DNA of 64,000 bases from Trueperaceae bacterium. Its GTDB lineage: Bacteria; Deinococcota; Deinococci; Deinococcales; Trueperaceae. Position 1 is the stretch's first letter, and the number at the start of each line of letters is the position of its first letter. Below are positions 54,499 to 64,000 of this stretch, piece by piece. Made by a program: the position numbers and the translations under genes. The stretch covers positions 59,375 through 123,374 of the forward strand of contig JBBDRK010000036.1 of the NCBI GenBank assembly GCA_040905465.1, in the 5' to 3' direction. The notes beneath the pieces are model-generated. The model made no database searches and was not told the origin of the DNA. It was given only the letters and a program-made list of their open reading frames with translations.

Positions 54499-54810
54499 TG
54501 GTCCTCCATCTGCTGGTGAGGTCGGCGGACCGTTGCAGCTACAACCATGGCGACATGCTACCAACGGCCCAATTAGCGTACCGACCGGTTGTCTGAAGGA
54601 GTCTTCATGGTCCCGCCGAATTTCGAACTCGGCAGCGGCTTCAGGCGCACTCCGCACCAGGCTGCCTCCGTCGCTGTGCGCCGAAGTGAATGACCTAACC
54701 CTCGGCACGGCATCGCTCTTCCATTATGTGGGTATTGCCTAACCTGCCCCAAAAGGTCGGACAAGCGATCCGCTGCACAACGGGGCAGCACGAGCACCTA
54801 CGAGGCCAAC

Positions 54811-56457
54811 ATGCGCAAAATGCCAGTCCCCCAACATCGCACCCAGGCAGGTCGCCTCACGTTCGCGCTCGTGGCGCTGCTGTGGCTCCTCTTTGCCACT
54901 GCCGCGGCCCAGACTTTCGACCCCGACCGATACCACCGGCAATGCCTGGCATTCGAGCAAGGCGGCGACTACGAGACGGCCCGCGAGAGCTGCCTGAACG
55001 CCCTGGCGGCCGATCCAGCTCATAGGCAGGCCCGTCTCTCGCTGGCCCGAATCGAGCTGGCGCTGGGCAATCTCGCGGCGGCCGAAAATGCGCTGATGCA
55101 GATCGGCAACACAGTCACGACGGCGGAGCCCCAACTCCTGCTGGCGGAGCTGCTGATACGAGGCGCGCGCTATCCGGAGGCCGAGGCGGCGCTGGCTGAA
55201 GCCGGACGACGCATCACCGCCGGGGGGGACCGGTCGGCGGCCGGACGGCACTCGTATCTCCTCGGAGACCTGGCCGAGAGGCGGGGCCGGTTCACCGAGG
55301 CCCTCGACCACTTCCGGAGCGCCGTACGGCTGGAGCCCGGCGAAAGGCGCAACAGAGTTCGTCTGGCGTCTCTCCTGTTCGAGATGGGAGACGCCGACGC
55401 GGCTCAGCGAGAGCTGCAAACGTACTTGGCGGGAGCCGGTGATACCGGCGACGTCGAGGTCAGCAGCCTGTTGGGATGGACGTTGTGGGCACAGGGAGAC
55501 CTGACCGGAGCGGCTCGCGAGTTGGAACGTTCACTGGCACTGCGAAGCGCCAGAGACGGTGAGGCTCAGGCACGGGACCTGCGCGCGCTCGGCCTGGTCT
55601 ACTACGGGCTGGGAGACGGCCGCGCCGGTGGGCTGGCGCTGCGCGAGGCGACGCGCCGCGGCAATCTGTTTACGACGTTCTTCTCGGGCAACCTCGCCTG
55701 GCTGCTCCTGCTGCTGCTGCTGTTGGCGGTGCATCTGATCGGGGAGAGCCGTATCGGCGTCACCTCGGGCGTGGACACCACCGACGGTCCGCGCCCGTGG
55801 AACGTAGGGCAGGTCTACGGGATCGTCTGGGCAGGACTCCTGACCGGCCTGCCGCTGGCAGTGCTCTACGGCGCGTATCGCTACGACAATCTGCTCGCCC
55901 TGCTCACGCCGATTCAGAGCAGCGACACGCGCGCCATATTCTTCATCGTGTTCTCGGTGATGGTGGCCTGGGGCTCGTGGCGGCGCGCCGCCCTCAACGG
56001 TTGGCAGCCTGGCGGGGTATTGCTCTCCGGCGGGGAGCGGGCGGCGCTAGGCATTCTGCTCGGCGCGGCAATGCTGGCGCTCACGCTGGCCTACCGCATC
56101 TACATGCCCGATGGTCCATGGCGGGGAGACTTCTTCCTCGACCTCGCCCACCTCACTCCGGCGGTGGCGGTGGCCATGGCGTTGATTCCGCTAAGCGAGA
56201 TCTTCTTTCGGGCGTTCGCGTTCCCGGCTTTCGAAAACCGCTACGGTACCTCGTTCGCGGTGCTGATCTCGGGGAGCTTGTCGGCGCTGGTGTTCGCCAC
56301 GCCGGCGCTGCTGCTGCTCGCCCTTGGACTCGCGCTCGCCACGATCTACCGAGGCAACCGCAGCGGGGCGATGACTTTCGCCGCGCAGCTCACCTTGCAC
56401 CTCGGCCTGCTGTTGGCGGTAGCCCTGTTGCCCTGGGCACGAAGCCTGTTCGTCTGA
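54811..56457 (+). CDS. TPR-repeat protein fused to a CPBP/Abi (CAAX protease-like) membrane domain
   Basis: Signal peptide, TPR-like helical repeats (for example EALDHFRSAVRLEP), then about 8 TM helices with SEIFFRAF. Confidence 0.75.
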   Translation: MRKMPVPQHRTQAGRLTFALVALLWLLFATAAAQTFDPDRYHRQCLAFEQGGDYETARESCLNALAADPAHRQARLSLARIELALGNLAAAENALMQIGNTVTTAEPQLLLAELLIRGARYPEAEAALAEAGRRITAGGDRSAAGRHSYLLGDLAERRGRFTEALDHFRSAVRLEPGERRNRVRLASLLFEMGDADAAQRELQTYLAGAGDTGDVEVSSLLGWTLWAQGDLTGAARELERSLALRSARDGEAQARDLRALGLVYYGLGDGRAGGLALREATRRGNLFTTFFSGNLAWLLLLLLLLAVHLIGESRIGVTSGVDTTDGPRPWNVGQVYGIVWAGLLTGLPLAVLYGAYRYDNLLALLTPIQSSDTRAIFFIVFSVMVAWGSWRRAALNGWQPGGVLLSGGERAALGILLGAAMLALTLAYRIYMPDGPWRGDFFLDLAHLTPAVAVAMALIPLSEIFFRAFAFPAFENRYGTSFAVLISGSLSALVFATPALLLLALGLALATIYRGNRSGAMTFAAQLTLHLGLLLAVALLPWARSLFV

Positions 56458-56500
56458 GCGCGACAACAGTGCTTGCCGGCCGAGCACGCTAATCTGAAGC

Positions 56501-56869
56501 ATGACCGGTGAAGTCCTTTCCATGTGGGACGTACTGGATGGCGATTGGCTCTATCTCGGCCGGCCATTGGAAGGGGTACTGGATGTAGCCACCCTGGTTG
56601 GGCAGGCCGGCAGGGTGGCGCCTCTGTTCGGCGACGAAGCCAGCGGTGAGCCGTTTCGCGCCAAGGGCCCGGCCGGTCTCGAACTGCTTCCGGTAGCGGC
56701 GGCGGATCTGCGGGGCAAGGAGGAGTGGCTACGCGCCGCTCTCGCTCAAGGCGCTACCGAGATCGCCTTCGATCCCGATCCCGTTTCGCTCGCGCCCACG
56801 CTGGCATTTCCTATCGACAAGGGGCTCTGGTACGTGCTCTCGCACCGGCGCGAAACCGCCTGCCTGTAG
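56501..56869 (+). CDS. Hypothetical protein (122 aa)
   Basis: TAATCT 5 nt before the ATG; globular composition. Confidence 0.65.
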   Translation: MTGEVLSMWDVLDGDWLYLGRPLEGVLDVATLVGQAGRVAPLFGDEASGEPFRAKGPAGLELLPVAAADLRGKEEWLRAALAQGATEIAFDPDPVSLAPTLAFPIDKGLWYVLSHRRETACL

Positions 56870-56930
56870 CCGGGCGGCGGCTGGAAGCAGGCATGCTGCT
56901 GGTGTCCGACGGCGCACCCGACAGCGCATG

Positions 56931-59720
56931 CTAGAGGGGGAGGCGCAAACCGAGGCGGTACCACCAGCGGTCGGCGTATCCCACCGTGGCGCCCACGCTT
57001 ACCGGCGCGCCGTAACGAACCATCGTGTCGGCCCAGAGCGAGAGCTCGGCGCCTCCGGCCAGTTGCCCGTCGTACCAGCCGTGCACGCGTCCCTCAGCGG
57101 TCAGGCGTTCAAGCGCCAGTACGCCATCGCCGTACCGCCAGCCTACCGGCAGATGCCGGCGCACGCCTAGCGTGCCGAATACCACCCAATCGGCTGTCTG
57201 CACCTGGACCGGCGGCGCCGGGCGGTATCCCGCCCTCACGGAAAAGTCTACGGTCAGCGGCAATTCCACCGACAACCCGGTAACCGCCAGGACCGTCGAC
57301 GCGTCGAGCCATGCGCCGATCGAGGCGGCGGTGGGGCCGGCACTCCACACCGCGTGCAGCGACAGCCTTGGCCCACGGACGCCGTAGCCCCAGAGATCGA
57401 CGTAACGACGGCTCACGAGCGCGTCCACCCGAGCATCCGGCTGTAGGCCGCCGTGCGAGGGGAGATGCAGCGCCGCGGCGCGCAGTCGCCCCAGCGCGGT
57501 CCAACTTCCGACCGCCGATCTCAACCACAACTCCGCGCTACCTCCGACGGCGACCTCACTCCTGTCGCCCAGGTGCTGCGTGTGGGGCCAGGCGCCGGCC
57601 TGGACACCGAAACCGAGCGGCGGGGGGCGTTGGAAGAGGTCGAACACGTCCACGCCTCGGTAGTCGTAACGGCCGACCAGCCAGCCGCCATCGATCGGAC
57701 CTGCGAGCGCCGGATCGTACCCGATGGAGAGTCGGTAGGAGTGGTCCCCACTGCTGTCTTGACCGAGCACGTTCGCAGCCGCCGACAGCCTGAACGGCGC
57801 CCACGACACGAGGCCAACCTCAGGCAACCAGCCGAACGGAGCCAAGGACTCCTCGGGCCGGTAGGGGCGGACCGGATAATCGACCGGGAATCCGGGCGGT
57901 GGCGGCAACGGCTCTGTCTGCAACGTAGTTCGCTCCAGCGACCGCTCGACCGGGACGGCGGCCAGGTCGTACCCTCGGCCACCGAGCCGGGCGTACACGA
58001 CGCTGCCTTCGGCCGCGCTGGGCGCGAATGCCCCGCCCGGGGCGGCCGTCAGCCGCCGCACCGTCCGCTCGCCGGGTCGCAATGCGAACAACTCGAACAC
58101 CTCGCCGCGGTCCGAGCGAAACACCAGCTCGTCCTCACCCGACCACCAGGGATCGAGGTCCTGGCTGGCATCCTGAGTGAGCCAGCGGAGCCGCTCGCCG
58201 GACCGGACGCCGGCGAGCAGCGCCAGATCGACGAAGCCGTTTCGCCAGACCGACAGCGCGATACGGCCTTCACCGCTCACCGCCAGCCCGACGATATGCA
58301 TGCCCGCCGGTGCCCTGAACAGCCGCAGGGGATCGCCGCCCGGGCAGACCCGCCGCAGTTGTGAGCCCTCGCCGATCACGTCGCGAACGTACAGGACGCA
58401 GCCGTCCGGCGCGGCGCGCGGAAACCTCACTCGCTCACCGTGGGTGAGCCTGGTTTCACGTCCACTGCCGAGATCGAGCGCGAACAGGTCGATGAAGCGC
58501 TGATCGGATCCGGGCGCCAGGCGCGAGTAGATCAGCCGTTCCGGTCCCACCCAGGCCAACGACAGCGGCCGCAAATTTGGCGGCAGCACGGCTTCGCCGT
58601 TTCCCAGTCCCGGGTCGCCGGCAGGCGAAGCCGCCTCCGCCGCTATCGCCGATGCACTTCGAGGTGTTTCGGTCGCCGCCACGGTCGCCGCCACGGTCGC
58701 TGCAACCGGCACCGTTACCGGAGCCACCATCAGCCCGGCGCCCGATGCCGGCCTCCACGCCAGCCGACGCCCGGATGGGTCCAGTGCCAACGTGGTGCTG
58801 GCCCGTCCACCCACGGTCCACCGACCGGACGGCTCGAGCCCCTCACCCGCCACCCGCGCCAGAGCGTGCTCGAACACCTCCCGGCCCCACTGCCGCCAGA
58901 GCGTATCGAGGTCGTCACCGGTGGCGCGGCGCCACGCCTGGGCGAACGATCCCGTATGCCAGCCGGCGTTCGCCTGGCGCAGGGCGGCCAACATGGTGTC
59001 CCAGCCGTAGCGGTCGATCAGCGTGCCGACGAACGCTCCGCCGAGCAGATATCGGGCCTCTCCGCCCGGCCACTCCTGGTGACTGAGCAGCGAAACGTCC
59101 GCGAGACTGGGCCACTCCCCTTCGAGGGCGAGGGCCGCCAGGGCGCCCCGGGTACGGGCGTCGAAGGGAAGATCGTCATCGAGCCCGGCCGCCAGCCGGT
59201 CGGCCGCCCACACAGCGAGCCCTTCCAGCAGCCAACCGGGAGGTACAGGCGCTACCGTTTCGCCCACCAGCCCCACACGCGGAAGCACGGGAGTGCCGGC
59301 CGGCAGCTCCAGGAAGGTGAGTTGAACGCTGTGCGTCAGCTCGTGCGTCAGGAGCGCATGGAGGGGATCGGCCGTACGGAGATCGATCTCCGTAATCGCT
59401 GGGAAGAGCGCGGGCAGAGTCACCCGCGGCCTGGGCAGTGGAGGGGCGATGGCGTTGTAGAGGTCGGTTCTGCCGTCCACGGTGATAGTTACCAGCGGGG
59501 GCGCGCTCTCGAACAGTTCCGTCAGGTCGACAAGGGCCACCTCGGCCCGGCCGGCCACTCCGAGGGCGTACCGCTCGAGAACAGGATCGGCGTACAACAC
59601 CCGCACGTGGGGAGCAACTACCTCGTGCCAGCCGGACTCGGGAGGCTCGGCAGCAGCAACGTGGCAAGCCGCCGCCAGGGCGATCGAGGTCAGGATGGGA
59701 ACGATGCCTAGACGGAGCAC
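56931..59720 (-). CDS. Large exported protein: HExxH metallopeptidase-like domain, TolB/PD40 beta-propeller and beta-rich C-terminus
   Basis: Signal peptide, LLTHELTH...WLLEGLA, PD40-like LDPWWS..ELVFRSDR and AFAPS, amphipathic strands ending YRLGLRLPL; TACAAT 5 nt before GTG 59720. Confidence 0.75.
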   Translation of the reverse strand: MLRLGIVPILTSIALAAACHVAAAEPPESGWHEVVAPHVRVLYADPVLERYALGVAGRAEVALVDLTELFESAPPLVTITVDGRTDLYNAIAPPLPRPRVTLPALFPAITEIDLRTADPLHALLTHELTHSVQLTFLELPAGTPVLPRVGLVGETVAPVPPGWLLEGLAVWAADRLAAGLDDDLPFDARTRGALAALALEGEWPSLADVSLLSHQEWPGGEARYLLGGAFVGTLIDRYGWDTMLAALRQANAGWHTGSFAQAWRRATGDDLDTLWRQWGREVFEHALARVAGEGLEPSGRWTVGGRASTTLALDPSGRRLAWRPASGAGLMVAPVTVPVAATVAATVAATETPRSASAIAAEAASPAGDPGLGNGEAVLPPNLRPLSLAWVGPERLIYSRLAPGSDQRFIDLFALDLGSGRETRLTHGERVRFPRAAPDGCVLYVRDVIGEGSQLRRVCPGGDPLRLFRAPAGMHIVGLAVSGEGRIALSVWRNGFVDLALLAGVRSGERLRWLTQDASQDLDPWWSGEDELVFRSDRGEVFELFALRPGERTVRRLTAAPGGAFAPSAAEGSVVYARLGGRGYDLAAVPVERSLERTTLQTEPLPPPPGFPVDYPVRPYRPEESLAPFGWLPEVGLVSWAPFRLSAAANVLGQDSSGDHSYRLSIGYDPALAGPIDGGWLVGRYDYRGVDVFDLFQRPPPLGFGVQAGAWPHTQHLGDRSEVAVGGSAELWLRSAVGSWTALGRLRAAALHLPSHGGLQPDARVDALVSRRYVDLWGYGVRGPRLSLHAVWSAGPTAASIGAWLDASTVLAVTGLSVELPLTVDFSVRAGYRPAPPVQVQTADWVVFGTLGVRRHLPVGWRYGDGVLALERLTAEGRVHGWYDGQLAGGAELSLWADTMVRYGAPVSVGATVGYADRWWYRLGLRLPL

Positions 59721-59834
59721 GCCCGATTGTACGAGTGACAACGCTCGGCAGGCGGGCGATTTAGCGCATGGACGCCGGCCTGCCGGACGGCCGGCGGGTC
59801 GCGGCCAACGCACCGGCGCCGGTAGAATGTCCGG

Positions 59835-60776
59835 ATGCCCGTATATGTGGTCGACAAGCCTCTGCACGCGACCTCGCACGACGTCGTCGCACAGGCGCGC
59901 CGCCTGCTGGGCACACGCCGTGTCGGTCACGGGGGCACTCTCGACCCGTTGGCGTCCGGGGTGCTTGCGCTGCTAGTGGACGACGGCACCAAACTCTCGC
60001 CATTCCTGACCGACTCGCGCAAGCGCTACGTTGCCTGGGTGTCGTTCGGGGCCACGACCGCCACTCTCGATGCGGAAGGGCCGTTGCTGGCAGGCCCATC
60101 CGGCAAGGACGTCGACGGCGAGTCGATAGAGAGGGCCCTGCCGGACTTCCTCGCGTTGAGTGAGCAGGTGCCGCCGCAGTACTCGGCGGTAAAGCGGCAA
60201 GGGGTCAAGGGGTACGAGGCCGCCCGCAAAGGCGAGCGGCTCGATCTTCCCGCCCGGCCCGCCGGATACCACCGCATCGACTTGCTGGCGTTCGCCGCCG
60301 AGCGGGACGCCTTGCCCGACAGGGTCGCCTTCAGCCACGATCGCTGGCTGCCGCACCGCCAGGGGCGCGCCGTGCCGCTGCCCGATCCGCTGGGAGTCTT
60401 CCCGACAGCGCTCATATCGTTGGAGGTACGTGCCGGCACCTATGTTCGCTCCTTCGCACGCGACCTGGGCGAAGCCGTGGGTGCGCCCGCTTTCCTCAGC
60501 GGCCTGCTTCGTACCGGCGCAGGACCGCTGGACCTGGCCATGGCCGTGCCGCCCTCGCGGATGCTCGAATCGTCTCCTGTCGCCGCGGCAGACGCCCTCT
60601 CCTATCCCCGGATCACGCTCGACAGCCAGCAGGTCGGCAGGGTGCGGCAGGGTCAGCGCTTGCCAGTGCGGTTGAACGGGCGAACCGCACTGGTCGATGG
60701 CGGCGGCGACCTCGTGGCAGTGGCCGAGATTAAGGACGGCCGCATGACCTTCCTGCGCGTCTGGGGTGGGCACTAG
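59835..60776 (+). CDS. truB: tRNA pseudouridine(55) synthase
   Basis: VDKP..TSHDVV, VGHGGTLDPLASGVL, QVPPQYSAVK, AGTYVRS..RDLG. Confidence 0.96.
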   Translation: MPVYVVDKPLHATSHDVVAQARRLLGTRRVGHGGTLDPLASGVLALLVDDGTKLSPFLTDSRKRYVAWVSFGATTATLDAEGPLLAGPSGKDVDGESIERALPDFLALSEQVPPQYSAVKRQGVKGYEAARKGERLDLPARPAGYHRIDLLAFAAERDALPDRVAFSHDRWLPHRQGRAVPLPDPLGVFPTALISLEVRAGTYVRSFARDLGEAVGAPAFLSGLLRTGAGPLDLAMAVPPSRMLESSPVAAADALSYPRITLDSQQVGRVRQGQRLPVRLNGRTALVDGGGDLVAVAEIKDGRMTFLRVWGGH

Positions 60777-60934
60777 ACGCAACCGCAAGCGTCTGTCGGC
60801 CCGAAGAATGGCCACGACGCGGCGACGACGGAACTGGGGAGACTGCTACGAGACTGTTATCGTCCGACTGCTCTAGACTGGAGTAAACGCAATAACCCAC
60901 GGGCTCGCGGGGCCCCTAACGGAAAGAGGGATAG

Positions 60935-62062
60935 ATGAACATCGGGATTCCGAAGGAGACGAAGACCCACGAGTACCGTGTGGCCGCCACGCCGGGAGCC
61001 GTACGGGCGCTGGCCGAAGCCGGACACGAGGTTTTCGTCGAGGCCGGCGCGGGCGTGGGCAGCGGCTTCGGGGATGAAGATTATCGCGAACAGGGCGCCA
61101 CCACGGTCGACAGCGCGGAGCAGGCGTGGGCTCACCAGCTGGTGCTGAAGGTCAAGGAGCCGGTAGCGAGCGAGTACGGCTATCTGCGCGACGACCTCCT
61201 CCTGTTCACATTCCTCCATCTGGCTGCCGATCAGCCGCTTACCGACGCACTCTTGAATGCCGGTACCACCGCCGTGGCTTACGAGACCGTGCAACTCGAC
61301 GGCGGCGGGCTTCCACTACTCACGCCGATGAGCGAAGTTGCCGGGCGCATGGCCAGCCAGGTGGGTGCTCACTACCTCAGCCGCTTCCTGGGCGGACGCG
61401 GCCTGCTGCTCGGCGGGGTTCCAGGAGTACCGGCAGGCAATGTAGTGATACTGGGCGGCGGCGTTGTCGGCATCAACGCCGCCAAGATCGCGCTTGGCCT
61501 GGGCGCCAGGGTCACCATCCTCGACGTGAGCCACTCGCGGCTGCAGTACCTCGACGACGTCTTCGGTGGCCGCATCCAGACGCTCGCCAGCAACGTCGCC
61601 AACGTAGCCGATATGACTCGGCAGGCGGACCTGCTGATCGGAGCGGTGCTGATTCCGGGTGCCCGCGCGCCCCGGCTGGTGCGCCGCGACATGCTCGCCG
61701 AGATGAAGCAGGGCAGCGTCATCGTCGATGTCGCCGTCGATCAGGGGGGCTGCATCGAGACGATCCGGCCGACCACCCACGATCGGCCGACCTTCGTCGT
61801 GGACGGCATTGTCCACTACGGGGTCGCCAACATGCCGGGCGCGGTACCCAATACCAGCACTACCGCCCTGTCGAACCAGACCCTTCCCTACACGCTGCGG
61901 CTGGCGAGCAAGGGCTCGGCAGCGCTTCTGGAGGATCGCGCGCTTTTGCGCGGGCTCAACGCGCACCAGGGCTTGTTGACCCACAGGGCGGTTGGGGAAG
62001 CGTTCGGGATCGATGTCACGCTCCCGGAGACCGCCCTGGAGCAGAGACCGGTTCCGGCCTGA
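60935..62062 (+). CDS. ald: Alanine dehydrogenase
   Basis: [56 protein letters not shown]. Confidence 0.97.
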   Translation: MNIGIPKETKTHEYRVAATPGAVRALAEAGHEVFVEAGAGVGSGFGDEDYREQGATTVDSAEQAWAHQLVLKVKEPVASEYGYLRDDLLLFTFLHLAADQPLTDALLNAGTTAVAYETVQLDGGGLPLLTPMSEVAGRMASQVGAHYLSRFLGGRGLLLGGVPGVPAGNVVILGGGVVGINAAKIALGLGARVTILDVSHSRLQYLDDVFGGRIQTLASNVANVADMTRQADLLIGAVLIPGARAPRLVRRDMLAEMKQGSVIVDVAVDQGGCIETIRPTTHDRPTFVVDGIVHYGVANMPGAVPNTSTTALSNQTLPYTLRLASKGSAALLEDRALLRGLNAHQGLLTHRAVGEAFGIDVTLPETALEQRPVPA

Positions 62063-62070
62063 ACCGGCCT

Positions 62071-62664
62071 TCAGCGAAGCCGGCCCAGTGCCTTGCGTAT
62101 CAGGGTCTCGGCCGCCTCGTCGGGGTTGGCGAGGGCCAGTTCGGCGACCGCTTGCTTGACCTGCCCCTCGCGGTAGCCGAGAGCCAGCAGGGCCTGGACG
62201 GCGTCGTCGCCGGCGCCCGAAAGCACCGACTGGGGACGGTGTCCCCCGGCTGTAACCGTTAGCGCCTCCGGCAGCTTGCTGCCCAGTTCCAGGACGATAC
62301 GCTCGGCAGTGCGCTTGCCGACCCCCGGCGCGCTCGCCAACAGGCCGGCGTCCCCCTCGATGATCGCGCCGGCCAGGACCGTCGACGGTATGGCGGACAG
62401 CACCGCCAGCGCCAGCTTGGGACCGATCCCCGCCACGGAGATCAGGTGCCGGAACAGCTCGAGCAGGTCCTTTTCGTGAAACCCGTAGAGGGCCAGCAGG
62501 TCCTCCTTGACAACCAGATGAGTATGGAGCCGGACGGCGTCCCCTTTGCTAAGGTTCACCAGGGTGGATTTGGCTGCGAAGAGCTCCAGGCCCATCGGAC
62601 CCGCCTGTACGATCACGCTCGCTTCGCGTATCTCCGCGACAATTCCGTCGACGAAGGCGATCAT
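62071..62664 (-). CDS. ruvA: Holliday junction branch migration protein RuvA
   Basis: MIAFVDG, VKEDLLALYGF, VAGIGPKLAL, PGVGKRTAERIVLEL, ALLALGY, LIRKAL. Confidence 0.96.
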   Translation of the reverse strand: MIAFVDGIVAEIREASVIVQAGPMGLELFAAKSTLVNLSKGDAVRLHTHLVVKEDLLALYGFHEKDLLELFRHLISVAGIGPKLALAVLSAIPSTVLAGAIIEGDAGLLASAPGVGKRTAERIVLELGSKLPEALTVTAGGHRPQSVLSGAGDDAVQALLALGYREGQVKQAVAELALANPDEAAETLIRKALGRLR

Positions 62665-62747
62665 CTCGGGCGCCGATGGCGTGCGGGGTGAGGTGGTCGA
62701 CTGGCGCACGACGGCCGCAGGGCACGGGAAAAACCGAATTGCTCCAT
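62661..62747 (-). CDS. Putative leaderless uORF (28 aa) coupled to ruvA
   Basis: TACAAT 6 nt before ATG 62747; its TGA overlaps the ruvA ATG (ATGA). Confidence 0.45.
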   Translation of the reverse strand: MEQFGFSRALRPSCASRPPHPARHRRPR

Positions 62748-62760
62748 GACGCCATTGTAG

Positions 62761-62860
62761 CTGCCGGCGAGATTCCGCAGCCGGCGAGTATCCAGGACGC
62801 GCGAGTCCGCCGCGGGCGAGTCTCCGCTCCGGCGAAGCTGCACTGCCGGCGAAACTCGGC
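62761..62860. repeat. Degenerate tandem repeat (core GCCGGCGAG, about 6 units, 15-18 nt period)
   Basis: gccggcgaga, gccggcgagt, acgcgcgagt, gcgggcgagt, tccggcgaag, gccggcgaaa between the AI-2E stop and the ruvA promoter. Confidence 0.55.
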
Positions 62861-62880
62861 GGCCGGAACAAGGTATGCCG

Positions 62881-63969
62881 TCAGGCGCGCTCCCTGGTGG
62901 AATCGCCGCGGTACCAGGAACTGGTGAGGTAGTAGTCGCGGTAGGCAAGGCTCAGTAGCACCGCCACAGGTACGGCAGCGACCGCTCCCCACAGGCCGAA
63001 CAAGACTGAGCCGAACAGAATCGCCATCAGCACGGTTACGGGGTCGAGCGAAATGATTCGCGAGTAGACCATCGGTGTGAGGAGGTTGCCGTCGATGATG
63101 TTGACGAGCAGCAGTACTCCGATGGCAACGAGCGCATGGACCCAGCTCTCGGTGAGCGCGAACAGGAAGGTCGGAACCGAAGCGACTATCGGCCCCACGA
63201 ACGGGATCAAGTTGCCCACCCCCGCCAGGAGCCCCAGGCCGGCGGCCAGCGGTATCCGCAGCAACGCCAGGCCGGTACCCACGAGCAGTCCCACGATCGC
63301 GGCGATGACCAGCTGACCGCGGATGTAGCCGCCCACAGCGAAGCCGACGCTATCGAGCACCTCGAGAGCGGTCCCGCGGTGGCGCTCGGGGAACGCTTGC
63401 AGGATCGTACGGTTGTAGCGGGGAAAGTTGTAGACGAGATAGAGCGACAGCACCATCACGATCACGACCTGCAGGCCGCCGCTGGTAACGACAGTGAGAC
63501 TCTCCACCAGTCCGCCGCGAAAGGCGGCCAGGGAGGGCAACACCTCTTCGGTCAACTGGCGGGCGGCAGCGGTGAGGTTCTGGAACACCTGCTGGAAGGT
63601 GGTCCCAAAGCTGGGGTCGATCGCCCGCGCCATGATGAACGGCAACTCCTCGAGCGTGGAGACGAGTTGCGGCAACTCCTCGACGAATAGCGAGAGTTGG
63701 GCCGCTATCTGGATGCCGAGAAACCACAGTCCGGCCAGCAGGGCGATAAGCAGTAACGCCACCAGGGCCACGCCGGTAGCCCGGTTGGTGCGGCGCTCGG
63801 CCCAGGCCACCAGCGGATGGAGGATGAATGCGATCAGGTAGGCGGCCAGCACCGCCCCCCAGACCGGTCTGGACCAGTACAGGAAGCGGTAGAGCAGATA
63901 GAGGATCAGCAGTCCGACGGCGACCCGCACGTAGGGATTGCGCCATACCTGTTGCGCCGCGTGCAGCAC
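62881..63969 (-). CDS. AI-2E family transporter
   Basis: AYLIAFILHPLV, VGGYIRGQL, NLIPFVGP, IDGNLLTP, LFGLWGAVAAVP. Confidence 0.93.
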   Translation of the reverse strand: MLHAAQQVWRNPYVRVAVGLLILYLLYRFLYWSRPVWGAVLAAYLIAFILHPLVAWAERRTNRATGVALVALLLIALLAGLWFLGIQIAAQLSLFVEELPQLVSTLEELPFIMARAIDPSFGTTFQQVFQNLTAAARQLTEEVLPSLAAFRGGLVESLTVVTSGGLQVVIVMVLSLYLVYNFPRYNRTILQAFPERHRGTALEVLDSVGFAVGGYIRGQLVIAAIVGLLVGTGLALLRIPLAAGLGLLAGVGNLIPFVGPIVASVPTFLFALTESWVHALVAIGVLLLVNIIDGNLLTPMVYSRIISLDPVTVLMAILFGSVLFGLWGAVAAVPVAVLLSLAYRDYYLTSSWYRGDSTRERA

Positions 63970-64000
63970 GCTTCAGTGCCTCACGGACAACAGCAGGTCC

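Noticed and set aside
63973-64000. 3' end of a minus-strand gene (...DLLLSVRH*)
   Set aside because: Too short to identify at the window edge.
1-64000. tRNA, rRNA, known riboswitches, IS elements or prophage genes
   Set aside because: None recognised by eye; an Rfam/tRNAscan/ISfinder search would be needed to exclude them.

Overview
This is a high-GC bacterial chromosomal segment, most likely Deinococcota (Trueperaceae/Truepera-like). That call is inferred from gene content and from many starts that sit 5-7 nt behind a TANNNT box with no RBS (leaderless). The left 25 kb is catabolic: ALDH16-type dehydrogenase plus deoC; an operon for a PLP D-cysteine-desulfhydrase/cysteate-sulfolyase-family enzyme, an Asp/Glu-family racemase and an SlcC-like 2-hydroxyacid dehydrogenase; an Lrp regulator with a peptide-type ABC system; an operon for a YihV-like PfkB kinase, a LacD/YihT-like class I aldolase and two Gfo/Idh/MocA oxidoreductases; a sugar ABC system; an inserted MNT-HEPN pair; and a fucose-isomerase-family (SqvD-like) isomerase. 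The best hypothesis is a hybrid sulfoglycolysis (sulfoquinovose) pathway coupled to sulfolactate/cysteate desulfonation in one locus; this is inference and is not verified by any search. Further right are thiI, a 14-bp tandem array, two paralogous RIO kinases (the first behind a leader peptide and an RBS-sequestering structure), topoisomerase IB, alaS-ruvX-mltG, a TRAP transporter, a PolX-PHP with a degenerate polymerase motif, phnDCEE, coaX, dcd, a patch of toxin-antitoxin fragments with a duplicated histidine-kinase 3' end, a two-component system, envelope proteins, truB, ald, ruvA (with a coupled uORF) and an AI-2E transporter. I recognised no rRNA, tRNA, CRISPR array or transposase. All family calls come from motifs read by eye and remembered family features; no searches were run.
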